Shown one piece after another: positions 1 to 10,478 of a stretch of 64,000 nt of DNA. The position numbers were made by a program, and so were the translations under genes. The notes beneath the pieces are model-generated. The model searched no databases, was not told the DNA's origin, and saw nothing but the letters and a program-made list of their open reading frames with translations. Numbering within the stretch: position 1 is the stretch's first letter; every line of letters begins with the position of its first letter. Origin of the DNA: Escherichia coli (lineage in GTDB: Bacteria > Pseudomonadota > Gammaproteobacteria > Enterobacterales > Enterobacteriaceae). Location: assembly GCF_002854065.1 (NCBI RefSeq), contig NZ_CP024147.1. One strand, written 5' to 3'.

Positions 1-2
1 TG

Positions 3-500
3 GTGGGCGATCTGCAACCGGACAGCGGCACCGTAAAATGGTCTGAAAACGCGCGCATTGGTTACTATGCTCAGGACCACGAATATGAGTTTGAAAATGA
101 TCTGACCGTGTTCGAATGGATGAGCCAGTGGAAGCAGGAAGGCGATGACGAGCAGGCGGTACGCAGCATTCTCGGTCGTTTGCTGTTCAGCCAGGACGAC
201 ATCAAAAAGCCAGCTAAAGTGCTTTCCGGTGGAGAAAAAGGGCGGATGCTTTTTGGTAAGTTAATGATGCAGAAGCCGAACATTCTGATCATGGACGAAC
301 CGACCAACCACCTGGATATGGAATCCATCGAGTCACTGAACATGGCGCTGGAACTGTATCAGGGCACGCTGATCTTTGTTTCACACGACCGTGAGTTCGT
401 AAGCTCCCTGGCGACCCGCATTCTGGAAATCACCCCGGAACGCGTGATCGACTTTAGCGGTAATTACGAAGATTACCTGCGTAGTAAAGGGATCGAGTAA
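3..500 (+). CDS. ybiT: ABC-F family ATPase, C-terminal portion (gene begins upstream of window)
   Basis: ORF open from window edge to TAA at 498-500; ABC signature LSGGEKGRM and Walker B ILIMDEP visible; matches remembered K-12 YbiT C-terminus. Confidence 0.85.
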
Positions 501-508
501 GTTATTAT

Positions 509-538
509 CCGTCACCCCGATACTGTCGGGGTGACGGC
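509..538 (+). terminator. Rho-independent terminator-like hairpin downstream of ybiT
   Basis: Perfect inverted repeat ccgtcaccccga/tcggggtgacgg with 4-nt loop directly after the ybiT stop. Confidence 0.55.
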
Positions 539-560
539 GGCTGATGACAAACGCAAGATT

Positions 561-662
561 GCCTGATGCGCTATGCTTATCAGGTCTACGCAGTACCTGT
601 AATATATTGAATCTGCAGGATTTTGTAGGCCAGATAAGGCGTTAACGCCGCATCAGGCATTA
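561..662. repeat. REP/BIME-type extragenic palindromic repeats
   Basis: gcctgatgcg...ttatcaggtctac and tgtaggccagataaggcgttaacgccgcatcaggca match the enterobacterial REP consensus family. Confidence 0.6.
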
Positions 663-740
663 AGAAAGCGCACTTGTCAGCAATCTGAGTAACGTCGAAT
701 CGATTTTCTTAATCCCACATCAATTCACTTCCATTAACTC

Positions 741-2006
741 TCAAACATCCATGCCCAACGCTCGCTTACCGTGAATGTTGAGGTCAGCAAGCGTAAAGCG
801 TCCTTCCCAGTTTGTTTCATAGTCCTCGCGCGGGAAGTCGCCCGGCGATGCGCCTTTTTCCAGTGCGGCCTTCACCTTGTGCGCGTAGGCAAGATTTTTC
901 TCGCACATCGGTGCCGCAGGAATGTACATCACGTTGCCCCAACCCTGTTGATTTTCAACGGGGGCAACGGAATGGATGACGTCGCAGTGCCACCAGACGG
1001 AGTCTCCGGCCTCGAGTTTTGGAATGCTGGTTAACGCCTCAATTAACAGTGGATGCCATTGCTCTGATACCGGCAACACTCTTCCGGGCGCTACGCCGCA
1101 CAGTTCATCCTCCGGCACATCATCAAGCAGCGGACGTAACAGTACGTACGCCATGGCTTCAGGAATGGGCACGACGTGCAGCAACCCCTGACCAGGCAGC
1201 ATATCAGAGAGCGCTGTCCAGCCCTGGAATGTCCGAAACACGGAACATTTGGTGGTGTTGTCCACCGTGTACTCTTCAACTTCCGTACGATGTGCCGCAT
1301 GCCAGGGATCGTATTTCGCCAGATTGCCATTAAAGACGTTAGCGAAAACGTGCTGATACGCTGGAAGCAGCCAGCGTTCCAGCGCCCCGGAGTCGGTATG
1401 CGCTCCAAGACCTTTGGAGGTCGTTCCGGGCGGACGGCGGCGGATACGGTCAGGGTAGATGACGCTCACATCCGGGTTAAACCATTGCTTTCCATCACTT
1501 TCAAATGTCCACAGACGATTGAGAAACGACTGCGCATTCGCCATTTCTTCACTCTGGCGGGCCTGCATTTGCGCCTGCGACCAGTAGATGGGGTAAATCT
1601 CGGGACGTGAAGCGCTGAGCGTCCCGAAGAAATTATCGCCGGGGCCTTTGTAGACCTCGTCAAAGCGGTTGCGGTCCAGATAGTCCAGCATCGACTGATC
1701 CCAGCCTAGCGCTTGTTCGCGGGGGAAATGGCCTTTTATCACCGCACAACCGCGACGTTTAATCTGTTCGCGCTGCTCTGCAGTAACATGACCTGCTTTG
1801 ATATCGGCATAAGACAGCACCGGCCAGACGGCATCGCCCTGTGCTTTGAGTGCGTTGATTTCAGCCACTCGCGTGGCAATGTCATCGCTTAGCTGATTAA
1901 AGATCTGCTGGACGTCGCCAAGCTGCGCCCGCAGCGCGTGCTTCATCTGACGGATAGCTGCTTTGTGATCGGCAGGCAATGTGTCGCTGGTAAAAGTAGA
2001 AGCCAT
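741..2006 (-). CDS. ybiU: DUF1479 family protein YbiU
   Basis: Long ORF; ATG at 2006 (MASTFTS) preceded by GAGGTGG SD; ORF track starts 2 codons earlier at a GTG. Confidence 0.85.
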   Translation of the reverse strand: MASTFTSDTLPADHKAAIRQMKHALRAQLGDVQQIFNQLSDDIATRVAEINALKAQGDAVWPVLSYADIKAGHVTAEQREQIKRRGCAVIKGHFPREQALGWDQSMLDYLDRNRFDEVYKGPGDNFFGTLSASRPEIYPIYWSQAQMQARQSEEMANAQSFLNRLWTFESDGKQWFNPDVSVIYPDRIRRRPPGTTSKGLGAHTDSGALERWLLPAYQHVFANVFNGNLAKYDPWHAAHRTEVEEYTVDNTTKCSVFRTFQGWTALSDMLPGQGLLHVVPIPEAMAYVLLRPLLDDVPEDELCGVAPGRVLPVSEQWHPLLIEALTSIPKLEAGDSVWWHCDVIHSVAPVENQQGWGNVMYIPAAPMCEKNLAYAHKVKAALEKGASPGDFPREDYETNWEGRFTLADLNIHGKRALGMDV

Positions 2007-2021
2007 AACCACCTCGCATTA

Positions 2022-2035
2022 ACTTTCATTCGAAA
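2022..2035. promoter_or_regulatory. 14-bp conserved motif copy 1 (ACTTTCATTCGAAA) in ybiU 5' leader
   Basis: Exact reverse complement of the 14-mers at 3044 and 6492. Confidence 0.45.
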
Positions 2036-2112
2036 CTATGCTGATTTGCATGTGATAATATAAGTTATAAATAAGTTAATGCAAGTTTAATGATTTGATG
2101 TGATGTACAGGA

Positions 2113-2150
2113 TGTAAAAAGAAGGGATAACCGGAGCGCATGGCTCCGGT
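2113..2150 (-). terminator. Terminator hairpin downstream of ybiV
   Basis: Inverted repeat accggagcgcatggctccggt followed on the minus strand by a T-run. Confidence 0.55.
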
Positions 2151-2157
2151 AGAGAGG

Positions 2158-2973
2158 TCAGCTGTTAAAAGGGGATGTGTTATCCAGTACAGCCTGAATC
2201 ACATTCAGCGCGCCTTCATGATTATTATCATCGGTAGCGTAACGGGCGATTTGTTTAATGTTTTCCGCAGCATTGCCCATCGCAAAGGAATAACGCGCCA
2301 TTTTCAGCATCTCCGCATCGTTACCGCTGTCGCCAATCGCTACCACATTTTGCGGTGACAGATCCCAGCGTTTCAGTAACCGCGAAATACCGTTTGCTTT
2401 ATGTAGACCGGGAATAATCAGGTCGATAAAGCCAAAACCACTGGTAACGGGTTTCATAATGCCATCCAGCGCTATGTGCAGTTTGTCGATCACTAACGGG
2501 ATTTGTTCATCCGGCAGGTTGAGCGAAAACTTGAACAGTACGTCGTCAATTTCCTGATAATCTTTTACAGGTTTCAGGCGATGGTAGTGTTTTGCCATTA
2601 GTGCGACGAATGCTTCGGGGGCATTTTCGCTGACATATGCACTTTGCAGACCGCAGGCGACAAAATTGAGTTGCTTATCTTTTAGCAACTCGCCAATAAC
2701 AATCCGCGATTCATGTCGGGTCAGTTCGCCGTGGAACAGTTGCTTGCCATGTTCGTAAACCAGTGCGCCGTTTTCCGCGACAAAAGAGATCTCATCCTTT
2801 AGCTCAGGAAAGAACGAAATAAGCTGGTAATACTGATTACCGCTGGCGACAACGAACTTGATGCCGCGCTTTTTCAGTTCCTGATATTGCGCCATAAAAC
2901 GTGGTTGGTTGTACGTTTTGGCGTCGTTAAGAAAAGTACCGTCCATGTCTGTGACGATAACTTTTACGCTCAT
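2158..2973 (-). CDS. ybiV: HAD-superfamily (Cof-type) sugar phosphatase
   Basis: 271 aa ORF with N-terminal DxDGT motif (VTDMDGTFL); matches remembered YbiV. Confidence 0.9.
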   Translation of the reverse strand: MSVKVIVTDMDGTFLNDAKTYNQPRFMAQYQELKKRGIKFVVASGNQYYQLISFFPELKDEISFVAENGALVYEHGKQLFHGELTRHESRIVIGELLKDKQLNFVACGLQSAYVSENAPEAFVALMAKHYHRLKPVKDYQEIDDVLFKFSLNLPDEQIPLVIDKLHIALDGIMKPVTSGFGFIDLIIPGLHKANGISRLLKRWDLSPQNVVAIGDSGNDAEMLKMARYSFAMGNAAENIKQIARYATDDNNHEGALNVIQAVLDNTSPFNS

Positions 2974-3043
2974 AGGTGTGCTCCTGGCTCGAAAATGAAA
3001 CCGTAACAGTGTAATAACAATGTGACGCAGAGCACAAATTATA

Positions 3044-3057
3044 TTTCGAATGAAAGT
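3044..3057. promoter_or_regulatory. 14-bp conserved motif copy 2 (TTTCGAATGAAAGT) upstream of ybiV
   Basis: Exact 14-mer shared with 6492..6505 and reverse-complement of 2022..2035. Confidence 0.45.
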
Positions 3058-3118
3058 GAGAGTGAAATTGATGGTGTGAATGATTTAGCCCGGCGACGTC
3101 TCCGCCGGGCTGAGGGGA

Positions 3119-5551
3119 TTACAGCATATGTTCGGTACGGGCGATGATATCGTCCTGAGCGTCTGGAGAGAGCGCGGTGAAGAAGGCGGAATAACCCGCG
3201 ACACGCACTACCAGATCGCGATACTGATCGGGATGTTTTTTCGCATCCAGCAGCGTTTCGCGGGAAACGATGTTGTACTGAATATGCCAGCCTTTATGCA
3301 CCTCGAAGAAGGTGCGCAGCAGGATCATCAGTTTCTGCTTGTCAGATTCGTTCTCCAGTGTGGCTGGATTCAGTTTCTGGTTGAGCAACACGCCGCCGAG
3401 AATCGCTGCCGTAGGCAGTTTACCCACCGAGCCAATGACCGCAGTAGGGCCAAGATGATCAGTACCGGAAGCCGGGCTTGCGCCTTCTGCCAGCGGGGTA
3501 TGCGCTTTACGTCCGTCCGGCGTTGCCATAGTCTGCGCGCCAAACGGTACGTTAGCGGAGATAGACGACGTACCCGCGTAATAGTTGCCGCCAACCGGAC
3601 CACGACCGTAGCGTGGGTTATGGTACTGTTTCAGTTCGTCGATATAGGTCTGATAAGCGCGAGCCAGCAGCGTATCGACAGTATCATCGTCGTTGCCGTA
3701 CTTCGGCGCACCGTTAATCAGCCGCTGACGCAGCTGCTCGTGAGTCAGGCCGTCGAAGTCATCTGCCAGTGCGGCAGCAAGCTGTTGCTGACCAATCGCG
3801 CCCTGTTCAAATACCAGTTTCTTCACGGCCGCCAGGCTGTTGCCGAGGTTGGCAATGCCAACCTGCAGGCCAGAAACCCAGTCATATTTCGCGCCGCCTT
3901 GCTTGATGCTTTTCGCTCGCTCAATACAGTCATCCACCAGCGCCGAGCAGAGAATATCGTGCACGTTCTCTTCCAGCATGGTGTCGACGACATATTCGAT
4001 TTCGATTGATTTACGCGTGTAGTAACGGATTTGCGTATCCCACGCGTCCATCACTTCATCGAAGTTGTTGAAGTTACCTGCCGACAACGCTTTTTCTTGT
4101 GGCAGGAACACTTTGCCGCTGGTGGCATCACGCCCGCCTTCCAGCGCCGCCAGCATCACGCGGGCGAAGTTGATAAAGCTCATGCCGGTACAGCGATAGC
4201 CCCATTTGCCACCGACGGCGGTTTCTATACAACCAATCGCTGCGTAGTCGTAAGCGTCCTGCGGTTCAATACCGAGTTTAATAAATTCCGGGATCACGAT
4301 TTCGTCGTTGTTGAACGCCGGCATCCCGAAGCCGCAGCGGATCACCTGCACACAGGCGTCGAGGAAATCGTTGCTCATTCCCGCGTGGTAGCGCACGCTG
4401 AGGTTAGGCTGAGTCGAACGCAGACGGCCGCAGGACTCAAGGATCGCGTAAGAGAGGGGATTCACCGCGTCCATTGGTTGACCATCAACCAGATTTTGTC
4501 CGCCAATGGTGACATTCTGATACAGAGGACTTCCCGCAGAGGCTTTCGAGTGCGAGCCGGAGCGGATTTTGTTCACTTCCAGCAATTTCAACCAGCAGCT
4601 ATGCAGCAATTCGATGGCGTGTTCGCGATCCAGCGTCTGTTTCAGTTCAACATCACGACGATAGTACGGGTAGAGATACTGGTCCATACGACCAAACGAT
4701 ACCGAGTGACCGTTAGATTCGATCTGCAATATCAACTGGATGAAGTAACACAGTTGCAGCGCCTGCCAGAAAGTCTGCGGCGGCTGGTGGGCGATGAGAT
4801 CGCAGTTTTCTGCTATCGCCAGCAGTTCATCGCGACGGCTTTCGCGGGTTTCGGTCGCGGCCATTTCACGCGCCAGGGCAGCGAAACGTTCAATATGTTC
4901 ACTGACTGCCACCAGCACGATATCAATCGCTTTCAGGAATTGCTCACCGTGTAAATCTTCCAGCACCGTCAGGTTGATGCGCGAGCGACGTTCCGCTACT
5001 TTCTCGCGCAGACCATCAAGCCCTTTTTCCAGCAGCAGCGGGAAATTGACCGCCAGGTGCGCATCGCCGGAGGTCATATTGCCTTCCGCTTTAATGATGC
5101 CGGTCGCCAGCAGACCTTTTTGCTCATCGGTAAACATGCCGTAGCAGCGATCCTGTACGGTCTGACCGCGCCACCACGGGCACACTTCATGCAGAACGCG
5201 TTTGTTCTCTTCGCTCACCGCAAAGCCAGCACCGGGACGATCTGCCAGATCATCAATCTCTTTTTCGATCCACGAGACGGTATATTCCGGGAAGATCGGC
5301 GCGGCGCGAACTTCGCTTGCCTGGTTGCCAATGATCAACTCATCGTGTTTGATCCAGATGGTGCGATTCGCCAGGTGATGTGCCAGCGCCAGCGCGCGTC
5401 GTACCGGGATCGGCTTATCGAGATGTTGTTGATACATCTCGGTATAGTGCTGCGCGCGCTCGGTACAAACCGGCGGTTTCACAATATGCACCAGCGCATT
5501 TTTGTGCGCTTTAATGCGGTCGCTGAGCGTGTCCAGTTTCAGTGTGGTCAT
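3119..5551 (-). CDS. ybiW: Glycyl-radical enzyme (pyruvate formate-lyase-like), PflF/YbiW
   Basis: 810 aa ORF with C-terminal glycyl radical motif RVAGYSA. Confidence 0.9.
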   Translation of the reverse strand: MTTLKLDTLSDRIKAHKNALVHIVKPPVCTERAQHYTEMYQQHLDKPIPVRRALALAHHLANRTIWIKHDELIIGNQASEVRAAPIFPEYTVSWIEKEIDDLADRPGAGFAVSEENKRVLHEVCPWWRGQTVQDRCYGMFTDEQKGLLATGIIKAEGNMTSGDAHLAVNFPLLLEKGLDGLREKVAERRSRINLTVLEDLHGEQFLKAIDIVLVAVSEHIERFAALAREMAATETRESRRDELLAIAENCDLIAHQPPQTFWQALQLCYFIQLILQIESNGHSVSFGRMDQYLYPYYRRDVELKQTLDREHAIELLHSCWLKLLEVNKIRSGSHSKASAGSPLYQNVTIGGQNLVDGQPMDAVNPLSYAILESCGRLRSTQPNLSVRYHAGMSNDFLDACVQVIRCGFGMPAFNNDEIVIPEFIKLGIEPQDAYDYAAIGCIETAVGGKWGYRCTGMSFINFARVMLAALEGGRDATSGKVFLPQEKALSAGNFNNFDEVMDAWDTQIRYYTRKSIEIEYVVDTMLEENVHDILCSALVDDCIERAKSIKQGGAKYDWVSGLQVGIANLGNSLAAVKKLVFEQGAIGQQQLAAALADDFDGLTHEQLRQRLINGAPKYGNDDDTVDTLLARAYQTYIDELKQYHNPRYGRGPVGGNYYAGTSSISANVPFGAQTMATPDGRKAHTPLAEGASPASGTDHLGPTAVIGSVGKLPTAAILGGVLLNQKLNPATLENESDKQKLMILLRTFFEVHKGWHIQYNIVSRETLLDAKKHPDQYRDLVVRVAGYSAFFTALSPDAQDDIIARTEHML

Positions 5552-5556
5552 GGTTG

Positions 5557-6456
5557 TTATCCTCGTAAGGTCGCGGTTAACCCTTTCTGGCAGGCATACT
5601 GCTGGGCAAAGTCGAGCAGTTCTGGCGCATCAAGCGGTTTTTCCGGGGCGTCATAGGGCAGATTAAGTAAGTGATATTTGTTGATGCCTAGCGTGTGGTA
5701 GGGCAGGAAATGAATTTCGCCAACGTGCAGCTCGTCGGCGGCAAAATCGGTAATGGCTTTTACAGAGGTTTCGTCGGCATTAAAGCCCTGAATCAGCGGC
5801 ACGCGGATAATGATTTTTTTGCCCGCTGAGGCGAGTTTTTTCAGGTTATCCAGCACTCTGGCGGCGTTACCGTCGGTCCACTGTTTAAACGGCGCGTCGG
5901 CAACGTGTTTTAAATCGGCAAGAAACAGATCGATATAGGGCAGAGAAGGGGCGATATATTTCCACGGCACATGCAGACAGGTTTCTACCGCAGTATGAAT
6001 GCCAGCCTCGTGGCTGGCTTGCAGTAGCGCCATCGCCATTTCCGGCTGCATAAACGGTTCACCGCCAGAAAGCGTTAAGCCGCCGCCGCTGCGATCGTAA
6101 AACGGTTTATCGCGCAGAACGGTCGCCATGATCTCCTCAACGCTTTTCACTTCCCCACACACGGTTAACGCCTGTGTCGGGCAGCAGTCGGTTAACGCCG
6201 TCAGATGCTCCGGGGTTAACTTTTCCCGATGAATAAGCAAACCATTCAACGCACGCTCAATCACGTCCGGCGCGGCCTTAGCGCACAGCTCGCAGCCTTC
6301 CAGACACAGTCGTGCGTCATACAACAGATCCTGCGTGCGGGCGCGGCTTTCCGGGTTCTGACACCAGCGGCAGCCCAGCGAACAGCCTTTAAGAAATACG
6401 ACCGTGCGGATACCGGGGCCATCATGGGTCGAGTAGCGCTGAATATTGAAAATCAT
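5557..6456 (-). CDS. ybiY: Glycyl-radical enzyme activating protein (radical SAM), PflE/YbiY
   Basis: CxxxCxxC-type cluster region [14 protein letters not shown]; start set at ATG 6456 (MIFNIQ) with GAGAGG SD rather than the ORF-track start 6483. Confidence 0.8.
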   Translation of the reverse strand: MIFNIQRYSTHDGPGIRTVVFLKGCSLGCRWCQNPESRARTQDLLYDARLCLEGCELCAKAAPDVIERALNGLLIHREKLTPEHLTALTDCCPTQALTVCGEVKSVEEIMATVLRDKPFYDRSGGGLTLSGGEPFMQPEMAMALLQASHEAGIHTAVETCLHVPWKYIAPSLPYIDLFLADLKHVADAPFKQWTDGNAARVLDNLKKLASAGKKIIIRVPLIQGFNADETSVKAITDFAADELHVGEIHFLPYHTLGINKYHLLNLPYDAPEKPLDAPELLDFAQQYACQKGLTATLRG

Positions 6457-6491
6457 AGTTGCCTCTCTGTTTCGTTCAAGCATTAAAATAC

Positions 6492-6505
6492 TTTCGAATG
6501 AAAGT
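6492..6505. promoter_or_regulatory. 14-bp conserved motif copy 3 (TTTCGAATGAAAGT) in ybiY/fsaA divergent region
   Basis: Exact 14-mer identical to copy 2. Confidence 0.45.
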
Positions 6506-6509
6506 TAGA

Positions 6510-6523
6510 TTGATGTGCGTCAA
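6510..6523. promoter_or_regulatory. FNR-like box TTGATgtgcGTCAA
   Basis: 9/10 match to FNR consensus TTGAT-N4-ATCAA; centre about 60 bp upstream of the ybiY ATG at 6456. Confidence 0.4.
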
Positions 6524-6586
6524 CTGTTCAGAGAGTTTTCCCGTGATAGTCTACATTCAGACAAAAAGTACATTTTGAGGATGGTT

Positions 6587-7249
6587 ATGGAACTGTATCT
6601 GGATACTTCAGACGTTGTTGCGGTGAAGGCGCTGTCACGTATTTTTCCGCTGGCGGGTGTGACTACTAACCCAAGCATTATCGCCGCGGGTAAAAAACCG
6701 CTGGAGGTTGTGCTTCCGGAACTTCATGAAGCGATGGGCGGTCAGGGGCGTCTGTTTGCCCAGGTAATGGCTACCACTGCTGAAGGGATGGTGAATGACG
6801 CGCTTAAGCTGCGTTCTATTATTGCGGATATCGTGGTGAAAGTTCCGGTGACCGCCGAGGGGCTGGCAGCGATTAAGATGTTAAAAGCGGAAGGGATTCC
6901 GACGCTGGGAACCGCGGTATATGGCGCGGCACAAGGGCTGCTGTCGGCGCTGGCAGGTGCGGAATATGTTGCGCCTTACGTTAATCGTATTGATGCTCAG
7001 GGCGGTAGCGGCATTCAGACTGTGACCGACTTACACCAGTTATTGAAAATGCATGCGCCGCAGGCGAAAGTGCTGGCAGCAAGTTTCAAAACCCCGCGTC
7101 AGGCGCTGGACTGCTTACTGGCAGGATGTGAATCAATTACTCTGCCGCTGGATGTCGCACAACAGATGATTAGCTATCCGGCGGTTGATGCCGCTGTGGC
7201 GAAGTTTGAGCAGGACTGGCAGGGAGCGTTTGGCAGAACGTCGATTTAA
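6587..7249 (+). CDS. fsaA: Fructose-6-phosphate aldolase 1
   Basis: ATG at 6587 ([10 protein letters not shown]) with GAGG SD; transaldolase-like fold protein of 220 aa; ORF track extends further upstream. Confidence 0.9.
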   Translation: MELYLDTSDVVAVKALSRIFPLAGVTTNPSIIAAGKKPLEVVLPELHEAMGGQGRLFAQVMATTAEGMVNDALKLRSIIADIVVKVPVTAEGLAAIKMLKAEGIPTLGTAVYGAAQGLLSALAGAEYVAPYVNRIDAQGGSGIQTVTDLHQLLKMHAPQAKVLAASFKTPRQALDCLLAGCESITLPLDVAQQMISYPAVDAAVAKFEQDWQGAFGRTSI

Positions 7250-7324
7250 CCGGACGTTCTGCATCCTCGTAAATTGCTGATGACGTGGCGGAGTGCCGCG
7301 TCTTATCAGGCCTGAAGGTGGCAA

Positions 7325-8074
7325 TTACTGCCCGCACACCTCACACCCCGGATTACTCATCAGTTTCATTTCGCGAAACTGACAGGTCATCGCATCGTAC
7401 ATGACGATTTTCCCGCTGGCCGGTTTACCATAACCTGCCAGCAGTTTGATCGCTTCCATTGCCTGCAATGAACCAATTACGCCGATCAACGGTGCCATCA
7501 CGCCTGCTTCTACGCAGGTTAACGCGTTCTCGCCAAACAAACGGCTAAGGCAGCGATAGCACGGTTCGCCGTCCTGATAAGTGAAGACCGTGATTTGACC
7601 TTCCATACGAATTGCCGCGCCGGAAACCAGCGGCACCTTCGCGGCAAAACAGCCTGCGTTCAGTTGATTACGTACCGCAACGTTATCCGTACAGTCGAGC
7701 ACCAGATCGTGTTCAGCAATCAATGCTGCAAGTTCTGCGTCATCCAGCAGTGCATTGACTGGCGTAATCGCGATATGTGGGTTGATCCGCGCCAGGGCGT
7801 CACGGGCGGATTCCACCTTCGGTTGCCCGACCGTAGCATCACTGTGCAGCGTCTGGCGTTGCAGATTCGAGAGCGAAACCGAGTCGAAGTCGAGCAGCGT
7901 CAGGTTGCCGACACCGGCGCTTGCCAGATACTGCGAAGCTGCGCAGCCGAGTCCACCGAGGCCGACTACCAGCACACGAGAATCTTTTAGCGCCTCCTGA
8001 CCGTCAAAATCAAAACCGCGCAGAATGATTTGCCGGTTGTAGCGCAGCATCTCCTGATCGCTGAGTTCCGCCAT
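7325..8074 (-). CDS. moeB: Molybdopterin-synthase adenylyltransferase
   Basis: 249 aa; ThiF/MoeB nucleotide-binding motif GLGGLG and C-terminal CxxC. Confidence 0.9.
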   Translation of the reverse strand: MAELSDQEMLRYNRQIILRGFDFDGQEALKDSRVLVVGLGGLGCAASQYLASAGVGNLTLLDFDSVSLSNLQRQTLHSDATVGQPKVESARDALARINPHIAITPVNALLDDAELAALIAEHDLVLDCTDNVAVRNQLNAGCFAAKVPLVSGAAIRMEGQITVFTYQDGEPCYRCLSRLFGENALTCVEAGVMAPLIGVIGSLQAMEAIKLLAGYGKPASGKIVMYDAMTCQFREMKLMSNPGCEVCGQ

Positions 8075-9309
8075 TACAGGCCTCCGAACAACGCGTTAAA
8101 CGGTTCTACTTCCACCCATTCGCCCACTTCCACATTGCCGCGATCGCGTTCCAGTACGATAAAGCAGTTGCCGAGGCTAAAGGAGCTAAATATATGTGAA
8201 CCCTGATGTCCGGTGGTCGTCACTTCCAGTTCGCCATCGGCGTTGCGGTGCAGCACGCCGCGCTGGAAATCAAGACGTCCTGGCGTTTTTTTCAGGCGGG
8301 ACGCTGTGCGTACGCGCTGGCGCGCGGGCAGGCCGCTGGCGGTGTTGCCGCTTAGTTTTGCCAGCAAAGGCTGTACCAGTTGATAGAAGGTCAGCGTCGC
8401 TGAAACCGGGTTGCCCGGCAGGCCGCAGAACCAGCTATTGCTGAGTTTACCGAACGCGAACGGTTTACCTGGTTTAATCGCTAGCTTCCAGAAGGCGATC
8501 TCCCCCAGCTCTTCAAGAATCGTTTTGGTGTAATCCGCTTCACCCACTGAAACACCGCCGGAACTGATCACCACATCCGCCTGGCTGTCGGCTTCAATAA
8601 ATGCGGCGCGCAGGGCATGGGGATCGTCGCGGATAATCCCTAAGTTGATTACCTCGCATCCCAACTGTTCTAACATCAGGTGTACGGCGAGACGGTTGGT
8701 ATCGTAGATTTGGCCGTCGCCCAGCGGCTGACCGGGCAACTGGAGTTCATCACCGGTAGAAAAAAGCGCTACACGCACTTTACGAATCACCGGAACTTCG
8801 GCAATCCCCAGTGAAGCAATTACTGGCAGCTCTGCGGTAGTCAGGCGAGTTCCCGCCGGGAAAACAACCGCACCTGCAGAGATATCTTCACCGCGACGGC
8901 GAATATTTTGCCCGCTACGCACTTCAGCAGTAAAACGCACGCCATTGTCCGTTTGTTCAGTCTGCTCCTGCATCACCACCGCTTCGCAGCCTTCCGGCAC
9001 CGGCGCACCGGTCATAATACGAATGCAGGTACCCGCAGGCCATTCACCATGGTATGGCTGACCGGCAAAGGATTTACCGGCAACGGGCAGCGGTTGCCCG
9101 GAGGCAATATCGGCTAAACGCACCGCGTAGCCGTCCATTGCGGAGTTATCAAACCCCGGAACATCAAGCGGCGAAACGACATCGCTCGCCAGAATACGAC
9201 CAAAACACTGTACCAGTGGCAGCGTTTCCTGGGCGGTCAGTGGGGTGACGCGAGAAAGCATCTCATTAAGCGCGGTGTCGAGCGACATCAATCCGGTGGT
9301 AAATTCCAT
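8074..9309 (-). CDS. moeA: Molybdopterin molybdenumtransferase
   Basis: 411 aa; overlaps moeB start by ATGA, consistent with moeAB operon. Confidence 0.9.
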   Translation of the reverse strand: MEFTTGLMSLDTALNEMLSRVTPLTAQETLPLVQCFGRILASDVVSPLDVPGFDNSAMDGYAVRLADIASGQPLPVAGKSFAGQPYHGEWPAGTCIRIMTGAPVPEGCEAVVMQEQTEQTDNGVRFTAEVRSGQNIRRRGEDISAGAVVFPAGTRLTTAELPVIASLGIAEVPVIRKVRVALFSTGDELQLPGQPLGDGQIYDTNRLAVHLMLEQLGCEVINLGIIRDDPHALRAAFIEADSQADVVISSGGVSVGEADYTKTILEELGEIAFWKLAIKPGKPFAFGKLSNSWFCGLPGNPVSATLTFYQLVQPLLAKLSGNTASGLPARQRVRTASRLKKTPGRLDFQRGVLHRNADGELEVTTTGHQGSHIFSSFSLGNCFIVLERDRGNVEVGEWVEVEPFNALFGGL

Positions 9310-9512
9310 GAAAACACTCCTGCGGAGGCAAAATCGAATTTGCCTATTATGTCAGAAAAACGCCACAGACTGTATGCCACCTCGGGCGTAGCGCTGGGTC
9401 CTGCCTTTACATGCCATATCCATCTTTCTATATTCAAAAATTGAATGAGTAATTCATAAAAATTCTGATATTTATAGCAAAAGTGGCGAGCCACCCTTAA
9501 TGGACGAATACT

Positions 9513-10478
9513 ATGGGCAAAGCAGTTATTGCAATTCATGGTGGCGCAGGTGCAATTAGCCGCGCGCAGATGAGTCTGCAACAGGAATTACGCTACATCG
9601 AGGCGTTGTCTGCCATTGTTGAAACCGGGCAGAAAATGCTGGAAGCGGGCGAAAGTGCGCTGGATGTGGTGACGGAAGCGGTGCGTCTGCTGGAAGAGTG
9701 TCCACTGTTTAACGCCGGAATTGGCGCTGTCTTTACGCGTGATGAGACCCATGAACTGGACGCCTGTGTGATGGATGGTAACACCCTGAAAGCCGGTGCG
9801 GTGGCGGGCGTTAGTCATCTGCGTAATCCGGTTCTTGCCGCCCGGCTGGTGATGGAGCAAAGCCCGCATGTGATGATGATTGGCGAAGGGGCAGAAAATT
9901 TTGCGTTTGCTCATGGCATGGAGCGCGTCTCGCCGGAGATTTTCTCCACGCCTTTGCGTTATGAACAACTACTGGCAGCGCGCGAGGAAGGGGCAACAGT
10001 CCTCGACCATAGCGGTGCGCCACTGGATGAAAAACAGAAAATGGGCACCGTAGGGGCCGTGGCGTTGGATTTAGACGGCAATCTGGCGGCAGCCACGTCC
10101 ACGGGCGGAATGACCAATAAATTACCCGGACGAGTTGGCGATAGTCCCTTAGTGGGGGCCGGATGCTACGCCAATAACGCCAGTGTGGCGGTTTCTTGTA
10201 CCGGCACGGGCGAAGTCTTCATCCGCGCGCTGGCGGCATATGACATCGCCGCGTTAATGGATTACGGCGGATTAAGTCTCGCGGAAGCCTGCGAGCGGGT
10301 AGTAATGGAAAAACTCCCTGCGCTTGGCGGTAGCGGTGGCTTAATCGCTATCGACCATGAAGGGAATGTCGCGCTACCGTTTAACACCGAAGGAATGTAT
10401 CGCGCCTGGGGCTACGCAGGCGATACGCCAACCACCGGTATCTACCGTGAAAAAGGGGACACCGTTGCCACACAGTGA
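9513..10478 (+). CDS. iaaA: Isoaspartyl dipeptidase / L-asparaginase family (Ntn hydrolase)
   Basis: 321 aa; GTVGAVALD autoproteolytic Thr motif. Confidence 0.9.
   Translation: MGKAVIAIHGGAGAISRAQMSLQQELRYIEALSAIVETGQKMLEAGESALDVVTEAVRLLEECPLFNAGIGAVFTRDETHELDACVMDGNTLKAGAVAGVSHLRNPVLAARLVMEQSPHVMMIGEGAENFAFAHGMERVSPEIFSTPLRYEQLLAAREEGATVLDHSGAPLDEKQKMGTVGAVALDLDGNLAAATSTGGMTNKLPGRVGDSPLVGAGCYANNASVAVSCTGTGEVFIRALAAYDIAALMDYGGLSLAEACERVVMEKLPALGGSGGLIAIDHEGNVALPFNTEGMYRAWGYAGDTPTTGIYREKGDTVATQ

Noticed and set aside
3128-5656. Long plus-strand ORFs (3128-4009, 4031-4954, 5057-5656) antisense to ybiW
   Set aside because: They lie entirely within the strongly supported minus-strand glycyl-radical enzyme gene and have no start-site context; typical antisense artefacts of a GC-rich gene
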